From assembly GCA_965217115.1 (NCBI GenBank), contig OZ244239.1, positions 1,664,001-1,728,000 of the forward strand: a stretch of 64,000 nucleotides of DNA, given 5' to 3'. The notes under the pieces were generated by a model, which saw nothing but the letters and a program-made list of their open reading frames with translations, did no database searches and had not been told where the DNA came from. Position 1 is the stretch's first letter. The number at the start of each line of letters is the position of its first letter. The translations under genes and the position numbers were made by a program. Below are positions 9,044-17,336 of this stretch, one piece after another. Origin of the DNA: Bdellovibrionales bacterium (GTDB taxonomy: Bacteria > Bdellovibrionota > Bdellovibrionia > Bdellovibrionales > CAYMLA01).

Positions 9044-9564
9044 GTATAGTTAAAAAGCCTTCTGGTGCGTCTAAGTGGTATGTTTTTAGCATTTTTATTG
9101 GTTTATCTATTACGATAAGGAAAATGTTTCACAACCTTTTTAATCAGAGTAAAATGCCGACGTTGAATTACCCTGAAAAAAAATATGAATATGGTCCCCG
9201 TTTTAAAGGCAATCATGTTTTGACGGTGAAGAAAGACGGATCTTTACGTTGCACAGCTTGTATGTTGTGTGCGACAGCTTGTCCAGCGGACTGCATTGAT
9301 ATTCAGGCGGCAGAGCATGATGATTTCGCAGTGGAAAAATTTCCTGTGAAGTACAACATTGATATTCTCCGTTGTGTTTTTTGCGGCTATTGTGAAGAGG
9401 CCTGTCCAGTCGACGCGATTCGCATGGGGCCTGAATGGCAAACTCCAGGGCTAAATGGTCGTTCTTTTGTTAATGATATTCAAGAGTTGGCTTATCGCCC
9501 TGCCTTGAGAGGTGGAGTGTTGAGTGTGGTGGATGAACAAGAGCGTCACGATTTTGGTATTTAA
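9040..9564 (+). CDS. nuoI: NADH-quinone oxidoreductase subunit I
   Basis: Two [4Fe-4S] motifs, CTACMLCATACP and CVFCGYCEEACP. Confidence 0.96.
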   Translation: MSIVKKPSGASKWYVFSIFIGLSITIRKMFHNLFNQSKMPTLNYPEKKYEYGPRFKGNHVLTVKKDGSLRCTACMLCATACPADCIDIQAAEHDDFAVEKFPVKYNIDILRCVFCGYCEEACPVDAIRMGPEWQTPGLNGRSFVNDIQELAYRPALRGGVLSVVDEQERHDFGI

Positions 9565-9611
9565 ACAAATATTTTAAAAAATATGCTAAAAAAATAATTA
9601 AATTTCTGTAT

Positions 9612-10050
9612 GGTTTTTTGTGATAAATAGTGGAACTGTTCCCAAGAGATCCATTGACCCATTGATTGAATACGGCCTTTTTTTCTAGAGTCTCTCCCAA
9701 AAGAATCCAGTTCTTTTCGGCGAGTTTGGCTTGGCGACTTCCATTGCATTTCTCTGCAATGGGAGGTGACAAACGGATGTTTGAGCAAGAAAAGGGCTGG
9801 ATTCTTTTGGGAGAGACTCTAGAAAAAAACGGATCATCAGAGAAAAACTGGCTCCACTATTGTTTGTCATAAAGAATCCAGTTCTTTTCGGCGAGTTTGG
9901 CTTGGCGACTTCCATTGCATTTCTCTGCAATGGAAGGTGACAAACGACTGTTTGAGCAAGAAAAGGGCTGGATTCTTTTGGGAGAGACCCTAGAAAAAAA
10001 ACGGCTCATCAGAAAAAAACTGGCTCCACCGGTATTTATCACAAAGAACC
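9612..10050 (+). mobile_element. Non-autonomous MITE with ISL3-like ends (copy 1; carries an internal ~171-bp tandem duplication)
   Basis: TIRs GGTTTTTTGTGATAAATA / TATTTATCACAAAGAACC; 8-bp target duplication TTCTGTAT at 9604-9611 and 10051-10058; homologous to 43030-43488. Confidence 0.85.
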
Positions 10051-10068
10051 TTCTGTATGAACTCTTTA

Positions 10069-10177
10069 TGACAATCTGCGCAGGGGTTAGACACCTCAAA
10101 ACTTCTCAAACATTGATAGTTTGATATCTGAGCTATTTTTTCAGTGGCATAGAATGTGTAGTTTAGACTCTTGAAAT
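10069..10177 (+). promoter_or_regulatory. Conserved ~110-bp upstream module with sigma54-like promoter
   Basis: TGGCATAGAATGTGTA at 10145-10160; module aligns with the reverse complement of 52376-52486. Confidence 0.6.
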
Positions 10178-10257
10178 GGGTGGTTTTTTAGTTGACTTCT
10201 CAAGAGGAAGTCTTCACAAAAACATAATAATATTAACTACTTAAGGAGATTTTATCT

Positions 10258-11478
10258 ATGGAAAAAATATTGATTGGTTTTCTCATGTTGGCCCTTGTTG
10301 GTTGTGGTTTAGAAAAAATGCCTCCTGTGGAGAAAATACCAGATGCTGAGTTGTTTGATCAAAATTTGTCTCCAAGTAAAGAGGACAATCCGTTCCATGT
10401 GAAGACGGTGAGTGAATCAAAAGTTTCTATAAATGAGGGAAAAATTCAAAAGCGCCTTCCCAGTTCTTCTTTAAATGAAGGAATAACTTCTGTAGGTGAA
10501 GGCTTAGCTGGAATCAAACCTCGAGTATTCACGACAAAAGAAGGGTGTCAGAGAGAGAATAAATATGAAAATCGTTTAACGGTTATAGAAGAAGAAAAAG
10601 TAATGAGTCATTTAGATTTAATGTGTAAAAGAGTAGATTTATATCGAAAGAGAAAAAAAACTCGATTAGAGACACGAGATAGATATTTAACGAAAGAATT
10701 TTTACCATTGATTTCCTCGATGCATTTGCCAACTAGAAATCTTCAAGAATGGAAAAAGACAAGTATTTCTAAAATGAAAAAATATTTTACTTGTATGATC
10801 ACAGCTGAAATTATCATTGTGAATGAGAGAATACTGAAAGAGAGAGGGTTTTTAGAGGGTATCCATGTTGGGTTAGGGGAGAATGGGGGAATATCTGAAG
10901 AAGAAGATGTGTATTTAGGAAAACTCGCAAATAAATACTTGGGTGAAAGGAAAAATATTTCAGAGAGTAATAAAAAACTAGTTAATGTTCTATTAGATAG
11001 AGTGGATATCATACCAACCTCTTTGGCTCTGGCACAAGCGGCGAAGGAAAGTGGGTGGGGTGGAGCTAACGATGGCGCACGGTTTGCTCGTCAAGCCTAT
11101 TCATTATTTGGTCAGCATTACTCTGGTGATCAAGGAAGCATGAAGACTTGCGAAGAATCCGCTATAAAGGTAGCGATTTTTAGTTCAACTTTAAAATCGG
11201 TACAGTCTTATGTACATAATCTTAATACGGGTAGAGGATATAAAGAGTTAAGGGATATTAGAAAAGAATACCGAGATAGGGGGGAAACTCCAGATGGCTA
11301 TGGCATGGCAGGTGGGCTTGGGAGATATTCTGCTGATGGAGAATATATCAAATCTTTACGTAATGACTTTATTTGTTCCTATCAGTGGCAAGCTCTAGAT
11401 AACTACACAGTGAACTTATCTGAGACGTATTCACAAGTTAGTTTTAAAAAAATGACAGGAGAGCACCCCTGCCATTAG
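10258..11478 (+). CDS. Bax-like GH73 glucosaminidase-domain lipoprotein
   Basis: Lipobox LVGC; VDIIPTSLALAQAAKESGWG, ARFARQAYSLFG, SYVHNLNT, GLGRYS. Confidence 0.85.
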   Translation: MEKILIGFLMLALVGCGLEKMPPVEKIPDAELFDQNLSPSKEDNPFHVKTVSESKVSINEGKIQKRLPSSSLNEGITSVGEGLAGIKPRVFTTKEGCQRENKYENRLTVIEEEKVMSHLDLMCKRVDLYRKRKKTRLETRDRYLTKEFLPLISSMHLPTRNLQEWKKTSISKMKKYFTCMITAEIIIVNERILKERGFLEGIHVGLGENGGISEEEDVYLGKLANKYLGERKNISESNKKLVNVLLDRVDIIPTSLALAQAAKESGWGGANDGARFARQAYSLFGQHYSGDQGSMKTCEESAIKVAIFSSTLKSVQSYVHNLNTGRGYKELRDIRKEYRDRGETPDGYGMAGGLGRYSADGEYIKSLRNDFICSYQWQALDNYTVNLSETYSQVSFKKMTGEHPCH

Positions 11479-11703
11479 TGACGAGGCGATGATTTCAGAG
11501 TCTATGGACGGTGTGTGAACTAGCCTTTTGTCGTTATTTACTATGAGAATGAAAGATAGAGAATCAGGTCATAATCAAAACCCGTGAACTGATCTACTAG
11601 TCCATAGCTTCATAGTTTATGAATCCCTCGACAAGTCTATTTAAAAAATGCTAAAATTCAAAAAAGAGCATTTTTAAGAAATATATAAAGACTGGGGGGT
11701 TTA

Positions 11704-12300
11704 GTGTTAAGGAATATTTTATTCAGTTCGATAGGTTTTGTGATTTTTTTGGGTTTTTCAACGCCTTCCCATGCATTGTTTGAAGCGCAAGCCCATTTAG
11801 GGTATCAAACATCAGATTATAATTTTTCTAGCATTGCAGGTGATCCTGTCAACAATAGTCTCGATTTAAAAAAACTAGATGTCCTTGGTTTAGATTTAAC
11901 TGTGGGTATTCCCTTTATTCCTTTTGACATTGGTGTAAGATATGAAAAATTAGCAGGGGAAATTTCTCCAAATCTTTTTTATGCAGATGTGAAATCTGTA
12001 AGGAAGTCTATTTTAATTAAAAGGCGGCTTTTTGATTTTTTTGGATATTTTGGTGTACTAGGTTCTATAGGTGTTTCCCACGATAATGAGTATACAGTGA
12101 AATCGAATGAAGTGCTCCTTCAAAGGGAGAGGCCCAAAACTGATTTCAGTTATTCTATTTCTCTTGAGGGAGGCGTGAACTTAATTGGAATTCAAGTGGG
12201 GGCAGAGGTTGGTTATCTTGGTCTTAAGCTTAAAGGAAAATTTGAAACGATTGATCTTTCAGGGCCCTATGGAAAGATTCTTGTGGGTATAGGGTTTTAG
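11704..12300 (+). CDS. Putative outer-membrane beta-barrel protein
   Basis: Signal peptide, alternating beta-strand pattern, C-terminal Phe (ILVGIGF). Confidence 0.65.
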   Translation: MLRNILFSSIGFVIFLGFSTPSHALFEAQAHLGYQTSDYNFSSIAGDPVNNSLDLKKLDVLGLDLTVGIPFIPFDIGVRYEKLAGEISPNLFYADVKSVRKSILIKRRLFDFFGYFGVLGSIGVSHDNEYTVKSNEVLLQRERPKTDFSYSISLEGGVNLIGIQVGAEVGYLGLKLKGKFETIDLSGPYGKILVGIGF

Positions 12301-12406
12301 TTGGGATGAAGGCTGTTATTCGTCACTTGGGAGATTTACAAAGTTAAAGTAACTCCGATAAGTTGCCTGTTTCTTTGTAGGTTTTTGGTTTGAAGGGGAG
12401 TTTCTT

Positions 12407-13774
12407 GTGATTGACAGCAGAGCTAAGATGTTAGCAACAACGGTGCGTAAGCTGTATCAGCGTGGGGCACGTGTTAATATTCAAAAGATTTTAGAGAAAA
12501 CACACGAGGCAGACATTGCCAATGTTCTTGAGAACTTTTCTAAACAAGAGAGAGTTGAAATTTTTCGCCTATGCTCTTCTGATGAGAAGAGGGGAGAGGT
12601 TTTAAGCCATTTAGAGGCCCACGTTCAGGAAGAGTTATTATCTAGTTTTGATCAGAAAGAGATAAAAAAAATCATGAGTTATTTGGACAGTGATGATGCT
12701 GCTGGTTTGCTGAGAAATGTGTCAGAGGACTTTGCCAATGAGGTTTTAGCCTCGATGGATAAAGAGGAGTCAGAGGATGTGGCTGATCTTCTTGGCTATC
12801 CTGAGGGGTCTTCTGGGGCTCTGATGAATTCTGATTTTTTGTCTTTGAAACAGGATATGACAGTGGCTCAGGCGATTGGTCAAATTCAGGATCAAGATGA
12901 AGATTTAGCAATCACTTTTTATGTGTATGTGGTTAATGATTCTGGTCATTTGGTTGGAGTGATTAGTCTCAAGCAAATGTTATTAAATCGAAAAAATGAA
13001 GTTTTAAAAAATATTATGTCGAGGGATATTATTAGTGCTGAAATCAGTCAGGACCAAGAAGAAGTGGCTAAAATGGTCGAGCATTATGATTTCTTGTCAA
13101 TTCCAGTGACAGATGCTGCGAACAAGTTAATGGGTGTAATAACTGTTGATGATGTGTTGGACGTTATTCGGGCTGAAAGCGAAGAGGATCTTTTGGCCAT
13201 GGGACAGGTTGGAATTATTGATGAGCATCCTTTGAGTGCATTCAGAGCAAGAGCACCGTGGTTATTTTTGGCTTTCATTGGCGGTATAGCGTGTTTTACT
13301 GTGATAAAGATGATTGCCTCTTTGCAAGGAAGAGAATCATTGAACCACTCTGTATGGCTGGTGGTGTCTTTCTTACCTTTGATGTTAACGATGGGAACAA
13401 CAGCGGGGAATCAGGCAACGACTGTTGCAATTGGAGTTTTATCTAAAATAGGTCATTTAGAGACAAAGAAAATTTTTTCCCATGTTATAGGGGAGTTGAC
13501 TCTATGTTTGGGGATAGCTTTTGTGTTTTTATGTATTATTGGAGGTTTGGGCATATTATTTTATCCTGAGATGATAAGATTGTGTTTTATGATGGCGATA
13601 GCATTGGTATTGCAGATGTTATTGTCTGTGGGGATAGGGAGTTCAGTCCCTTTTTTCTTAAATCGTCTATCCATTGACCCTGTGGTGGGTTCGGTTCCTT
13701 TGTTAACGACTGTGATTAATTTAACAGCGGTAACAGTTCTCTTCCTGTTAGCGTTTAATTTTGGTGGATTTTGA
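12407..13774 (+). CDS. mgtE: Magnesium transporter MgtE
   Basis: MgtE N-domain, CBS pair (YVVNDSGHLVGVISL, GVITVDD), TM region GNQAT / IDP. Confidence 0.92.
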   Translation: MIDSRAKMLATTVRKLYQRGARVNIQKILEKTHEADIANVLENFSKQERVEIFRLCSSDEKRGEVLSHLEAHVQEELLSSFDQKEIKKIMSYLDSDDAAGLLRNVSEDFANEVLASMDKEESEDVADLLGYPEGSSGALMNSDFLSLKQDMTVAQAIGQIQDQDEDLAITFYVYVVNDSGHLVGVISLKQMLLNRKNEVLKNIMSRDIISAEISQDQEEVAKMVEHYDFLSIPVTDAANKLMGVITVDDVLDVIRAESEEDLLAMGQVGIIDEHPLSAFRARAPWLFLAFIGGIACFTVIKMIASLQGRESLNHSVWLVVSFLPLMLTMGTTAGNQATTVAIGVLSKIGHLETKKIFSHVIGELTLCLGIAFVFLCIIGGLGILFYPEMIRLCFMMAIALVLQMLLSVGIGSSVPFFLNRLSIDPVVGSVPLLTTVINLTAVTVLFLLAFNFGGF

Positions 13775-14392
13775 GTGAAGGGAAAAGAGCGGGTTTTTGT
13801 TTTACGCTCTCTAAAGTTTAAAGAACATGATTCTATTGTTCATTTTTTAAATGCCAAGGGAGCCAAGTTAATCTTAATAGCTAAAGGTGGGCAAAAAAGT
13901 CAGAAAAGATTTTCAGGCGGAGCTTTAGATCCGACTCAATATATAGAAGTTACTTACACGATTAAGAAGAATCAGATGTCTAGTGGTTTCTATGGCACTT
14001 TGGATGAGGCTCAAATATTAGACTCCTTTAATGGCTTAAGAGAGAACTATGAACGTTTGGAATTGGGAATTTATTTTACACATTTAATAGGGAAGATCAG
14101 TCAAGAGGGGGTGATTGACCAGGGAGAGAATTTTCAGCTTCTTGGTAATGGACTTAAGGCCGCCGAACAGGTGAGAGATTTGCTAAAACTTAAAGCCCAT
14201 TTTCTTATTAAACTTCTTTATCATCAAGGGGTTTTGGAGCCAGAAGAGAGGATGACTGTTTTTCTTGGAAAATCTTTGGTAAAAAGTGATGATATTGAAA
14301 TAGATAAAAAACAATTAAAGACTGTATTTGATGGAATAAATAAAAAGCTTAATGATTGGTTTGAGACCTTAAATATTCCTCAGTTACTTTGA
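13775..14392 (+). CDS. recO: DNA repair protein RecO
   Basis: VLRSLKFKEHDSIV...AKGGQKSQKRF..GALDP N-terminal OB pattern. Confidence 0.85.
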   Translation: MKGKERVFVLRSLKFKEHDSIVHFLNAKGAKLILIAKGGQKSQKRFSGGALDPTQYIEVTYTIKKNQMSSGFYGTLDEAQILDSFNGLRENYERLELGIYFTHLIGKISQEGVIDQGENFQLLGNGLKAAEQVRDLLKLKAHFLIKLLYHQGVLEPEERMTVFLGKSLVKSDDIEIDKKQLKTVFDGINKKLNDWFETLNIPQLL

Positions 14393-14421
14393 ACAGAGTG
14401 AATTTGAAGAATTATTAATAA

Positions 14422-14967
14422 TCACATTATCTGAGTAGACAGTATAAATTTGGCAGCTTCGATGAGGTTGTTACAAATAAACTCAGGAGATGCAAATGGG
14501 GATTTCTCTGGAGATTCTGTTCCATTAAGAAAGACACCTTTGGTACCAGCTCTGTGACCAGCCTCTATATCTGTCATGCGGTCACCGATGATCCATGAGT
14601 CTCTTAAGTCAAGAGAGTGTTCTTTGACAGCAAGATCGAGCATACCCGTGTCAGGTTTACGCATGGGGTGATTAGAGTCAGGAAGGTGGGGCGCATGATA
14701 GAAATGCTTCATGGCGATGGGAATATCATGTTCTAAGAATTTTTTGGTTATCAATTGATGAATTTTGTGAAGATTTTCCTCTTGAACAAGTCCACGGGGA
14801 ATACCAGATTGGTTGGTTACAATAATAATTTGAAAACCAGCATGGCTAAGACTTTTTATCCCCTCAATGGCATTTGGTAGGTAATGAATTTGTTTGGGAT
14901 CATTAAGGTATATTTTATCAACAATAATGGTCCCATCGCGATCTAGAAAGAGGGCTTTTTGTTTCAT
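14422..14967 (-). CDS. gmhB: D-glycero-D-manno-heptose 1,7-bisphosphate phosphatase (HAD-IIIA)
   Basis: ALFLDRDGTI, TNQSGI, RKPDTGM, IGDRMTD. Confidence 0.88.
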   Translation of the reverse strand: MKQKALFLDRDGTIIVDKIYLNDPKQIHYLPNAIEGIKSLSHAGFQIIIVTNQSGIPRGLVQEENLHKIHQLITKKFLEHDIPIAMKHFYHAPHLPDSNHPMRKPDTGMLDLAVKEHSLDLRDSWIIGDRMTDIEAGHRAGTKGVFLNGTESPEKSPFASPEFICNNLIEAAKFILSTQIM

Positions 14968-15039
14968 TTTATGATGCTCCTAAGTTTGTTGTGAATAGTT
15001 AGCACTGCTTTGATAAAAAACCAAATTGAAGCATCGGCT

Positions 15040-16017
15040 CTATGCTTTCCGACTGTTTTTGTTGAGTGGGTGAAAATCTTCTAAAGTTTTGGCGAGTTCA
15101 TCAATTCCTAGGTGAGTGTATTTCTCTGTGGCTTGGAGACTCTGGTGACCGAGGAGTTCCTGTAGGGTTCTTAAGTTAGCTCCGCTAGAGAGGATATGAG
15201 TGGCAAAGCTATGTCGTAGGGCATGGGGTGAAAGAGGTTTGAGGAGGTTTGCAGAAACACCAGCATCACGGATCATTTTCCAAGCTGAGCGAGGATTGAG
15301 GGGGGCACCCCATAGGGAATCGTGGAGGGAGTGGTCGGGAGATGTCTTTTGTGAGAGTTCTTTTTTCAATGCTTCAATAGCCAATAGAGGAAGAGGGCAA
15401 ATGCGTTCTTTCTGGCCTTTCCCCATGATTTTGATTTGTCCCTTGGCGATGTAAATATTTTTTATTTTAAGTTGGCAGGCTTCACTGACTCTGAGCCCTC
15501 CACCATAGAGAAGAAGGGTTAAAAGCAGTGTTCTCTGCCCTTGTTGTGATTTTGATGCCTCTCTCTGTAGATGTCGCACCAGATGCAGGGCTTCATCCAG
15601 TGAGAGAAAGTGGGGAAGCTTTTTCGGAACTTTTGGGCAGGTGATTTGATGGGCAAGGTTTTTTTCGATGATTTTTTTCTCATAGAGCCACTTGAAAAAG
15701 GATTTCAAGGTAGCGGCCTTCCTATTGCGAGATGAAAGGCTGAGAGTCCCCCAGCGGGATTGGGCGTTTCGCGCTAATTGTAAGAGCTGTTCGCTGGTTA
15801 TCAAGGGCGACTTTTTCCCTGGATGGAGTTCAAAGCTAATATTTTTATCGATTGAAGTGAATTTTCCAAAATTCTGAAGAAGGAAGGCCTGGGTTAGATC
15901 GGTGGTGTAGGCTTTCAGTGTGTGTGGGGAGAATGTTTTAATAAACAACAGTGATTTTATATAGTTAGAAGATGTTTCAGCAATGTTTAGAACAGTATCA
16001 GAGGTGATTTTGGGCAT
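15040..16017 (-). CDS. xerC: Tyrosine recombinase XerC/XerD family
   Basis: SPHTLKAY, PKVPKKLP, LLYGGGLRVSE, GKGQKER, SPHALRHSFATH, LGHQS..T..Y. Confidence 0.85.
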   Translation of the reverse strand: MPKITSDTVLNIAETSSNYIKSLLFIKTFSPHTLKAYTTDLTQAFLLQNFGKFTSIDKNISFELHPGKKSPLITSEQLLQLARNAQSRWGTLSLSSRNRKAATLKSFFKWLYEKKIIEKNLAHQITCPKVPKKLPHFLSLDEALHLVRHLQREASKSQQGQRTLLLTLLLYGGGLRVSEACQLKIKNIYIAKGQIKIMGKGQKERICPLPLLAIEALKKELSQKTSPDHSLHDSLWGAPLNPRSAWKMIRDAGVSANLLKPLSPHALRHSFATHILSSGANLRTLQELLGHQSLQATEKYTHLGIDELAKTLEDFHPLNKNSRKA

Positions 16018-16183
16018 CAGTAGAGGGCCTTATTTGGATTTGAGAAAAAAGATGGGGGTTTTATAAAAATTCCTTGCTTTTCAGGTGACGCACTGTTACA
16101 ATCCATTTCAACGCATAGCATCAAAATGAGACACTTTGTAAAATAACACGTTTATAAATATTCATCCTAATTAGGAGTTTAAC

Positions 16184-17242
16184 ATGTCAGAGAATAAAAA
16201 ACCTTCATCTCTACCGTCTTCTGCTAGTTTGGAGCAGAAATTTTGGACTAATGGTCAGTCAAATCAAGTCATTCAGAACAAAAAAATCATATATAAGTCA
16301 GATGTCATGGAGCAGATGATGAAGGTGATTATGCGTGTGGCCCCATCACATGCCAACGTTTTGATCTTAGGTGAAAGTGGCACGGGTAAGGAGCTTATTG
16401 CTCACGCCATTCATGAAAAAAGCAGCCGTAGGGATAAGTCTTTCGTGGCAGTGAACTGTGGTGCTTTGCGCGAAACTCTATTAGAGAGTGAATTGTTTGG
16501 TCATGAAAAAGGAGCTTTTACAGGAGCCTATTCTCGTAAAATTGGTCTTGCTGAGGTCGCTAGTGGTGGAACATTATTTTTAGATGAGATTGGAGAGTTG
16601 AGTCAAAATATTCAGGCGAAACTTTTACGTTTTATTCAGGAAGGCGAGGTTTATCGAGTTGGCGGAAAGGAGCCCATTAAGATTGATATTCGTCTAATAA
16701 GTGCGACAAATCGTGAGTTGGATGATGAGGTGATCAAGGGTAATTTCCGTGAAGATCTTTTCTACCGTATTAATACAATTATGGTGAGTGCACCTCCTTT
16801 GCGTCGAAGAAAAGAAGATATACCTATTTTAATAGAGCATTTTTTGGCTAATGGAGTTCATAGTTACTTAGATCGCGGTCGTGTGGTGAGTGAGGAAGCA
16901 ATGGAAGTGTTAAAAAGATACGATTGGCCAGGTAATATTCGTGAAGTACAAAATATTTGTGAGAGACTTCAAATTTTATCCGAAGGTCATACGATCATGC
17001 TAGGAGACCTACCTTCAAACATCAAAAATTTAGAACAGAAATTAGGGACTGAAGAAGGATATGATCCAACAATAACAATTCATGAGTTGGAAAAACGTCA
17101 TATTTTAAAGTCGTTGGACCACTTTGATGGTAATAAAACTCAATCGGCTAATGCCTTAAAAATCACGATAAAAACTCTTTATAATAAATTACATGAGTAT
17201 GGAGAATTTGATCGTTACGCGGTTCACTATCGTTCTAAATAA
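16184..17242 (+). CDS. Sigma54-dependent transcriptional activator (AAA+ and Fis HTH, no receiver domain)
   Basis: GESGTGKE, ESELFGHEKGAFTGA, LFLDEIGE, FREDLFYR, WPGNIRE, C-terminal HTH. Confidence 0.93.
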   Translation: MSENKKPSSLPSSASLEQKFWTNGQSNQVIQNKKIIYKSDVMEQMMKVIMRVAPSHANVLILGESGTGKELIAHAIHEKSSRRDKSFVAVNCGALRETLLESELFGHEKGAFTGAYSRKIGLAEVASGGTLFLDEIGELSQNIQAKLLRFIQEGEVYRVGGKEPIKIDIRLISATNRELDDEVIKGNFREDLFYRINTIMVSAPPLRRRKEDIPILIEHFLANGVHSYLDRGRVVSEEAMEVLKRYDWPGNIREVQNICERLQILSEGHTIMLGDLPSNIKNLEQKLGTEEGYDPTITIHELEKRHILKSLDHFDGNKTQSANALKITIKTLYNKLHEYGEFDRYAVHYRSK

Positions 17243-17265
17243 AAACACAGGACATTAGGATGAAC

Positions 17266-17295
17266 AAAAAAAACCTCTTTTAAGAGGTTTTTTTT
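17266..17295. terminator. Bidirectional rho-independent terminator
   Basis: A8-CCTCTT-TT-AAGAGG-T8 between convergent genes. Confidence 0.85.
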
Positions 17296-17336
17296 GTGGT
17301 GCTCTTTGCCTTTGAATTCCTCCCTAACAGTGTCCT

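Noticed and set aside
9470..10124. Several short ORFs on both strands within the MITE
   Set aside because: They are translations of the palindromic repeat and show no transposase motifs.
15040..16017. Phage or island integrase
   Set aside because: Motifs and core-gene context fit housekeeping XerC; it is 30 kb from the accessory region and has no mobile neighbours.
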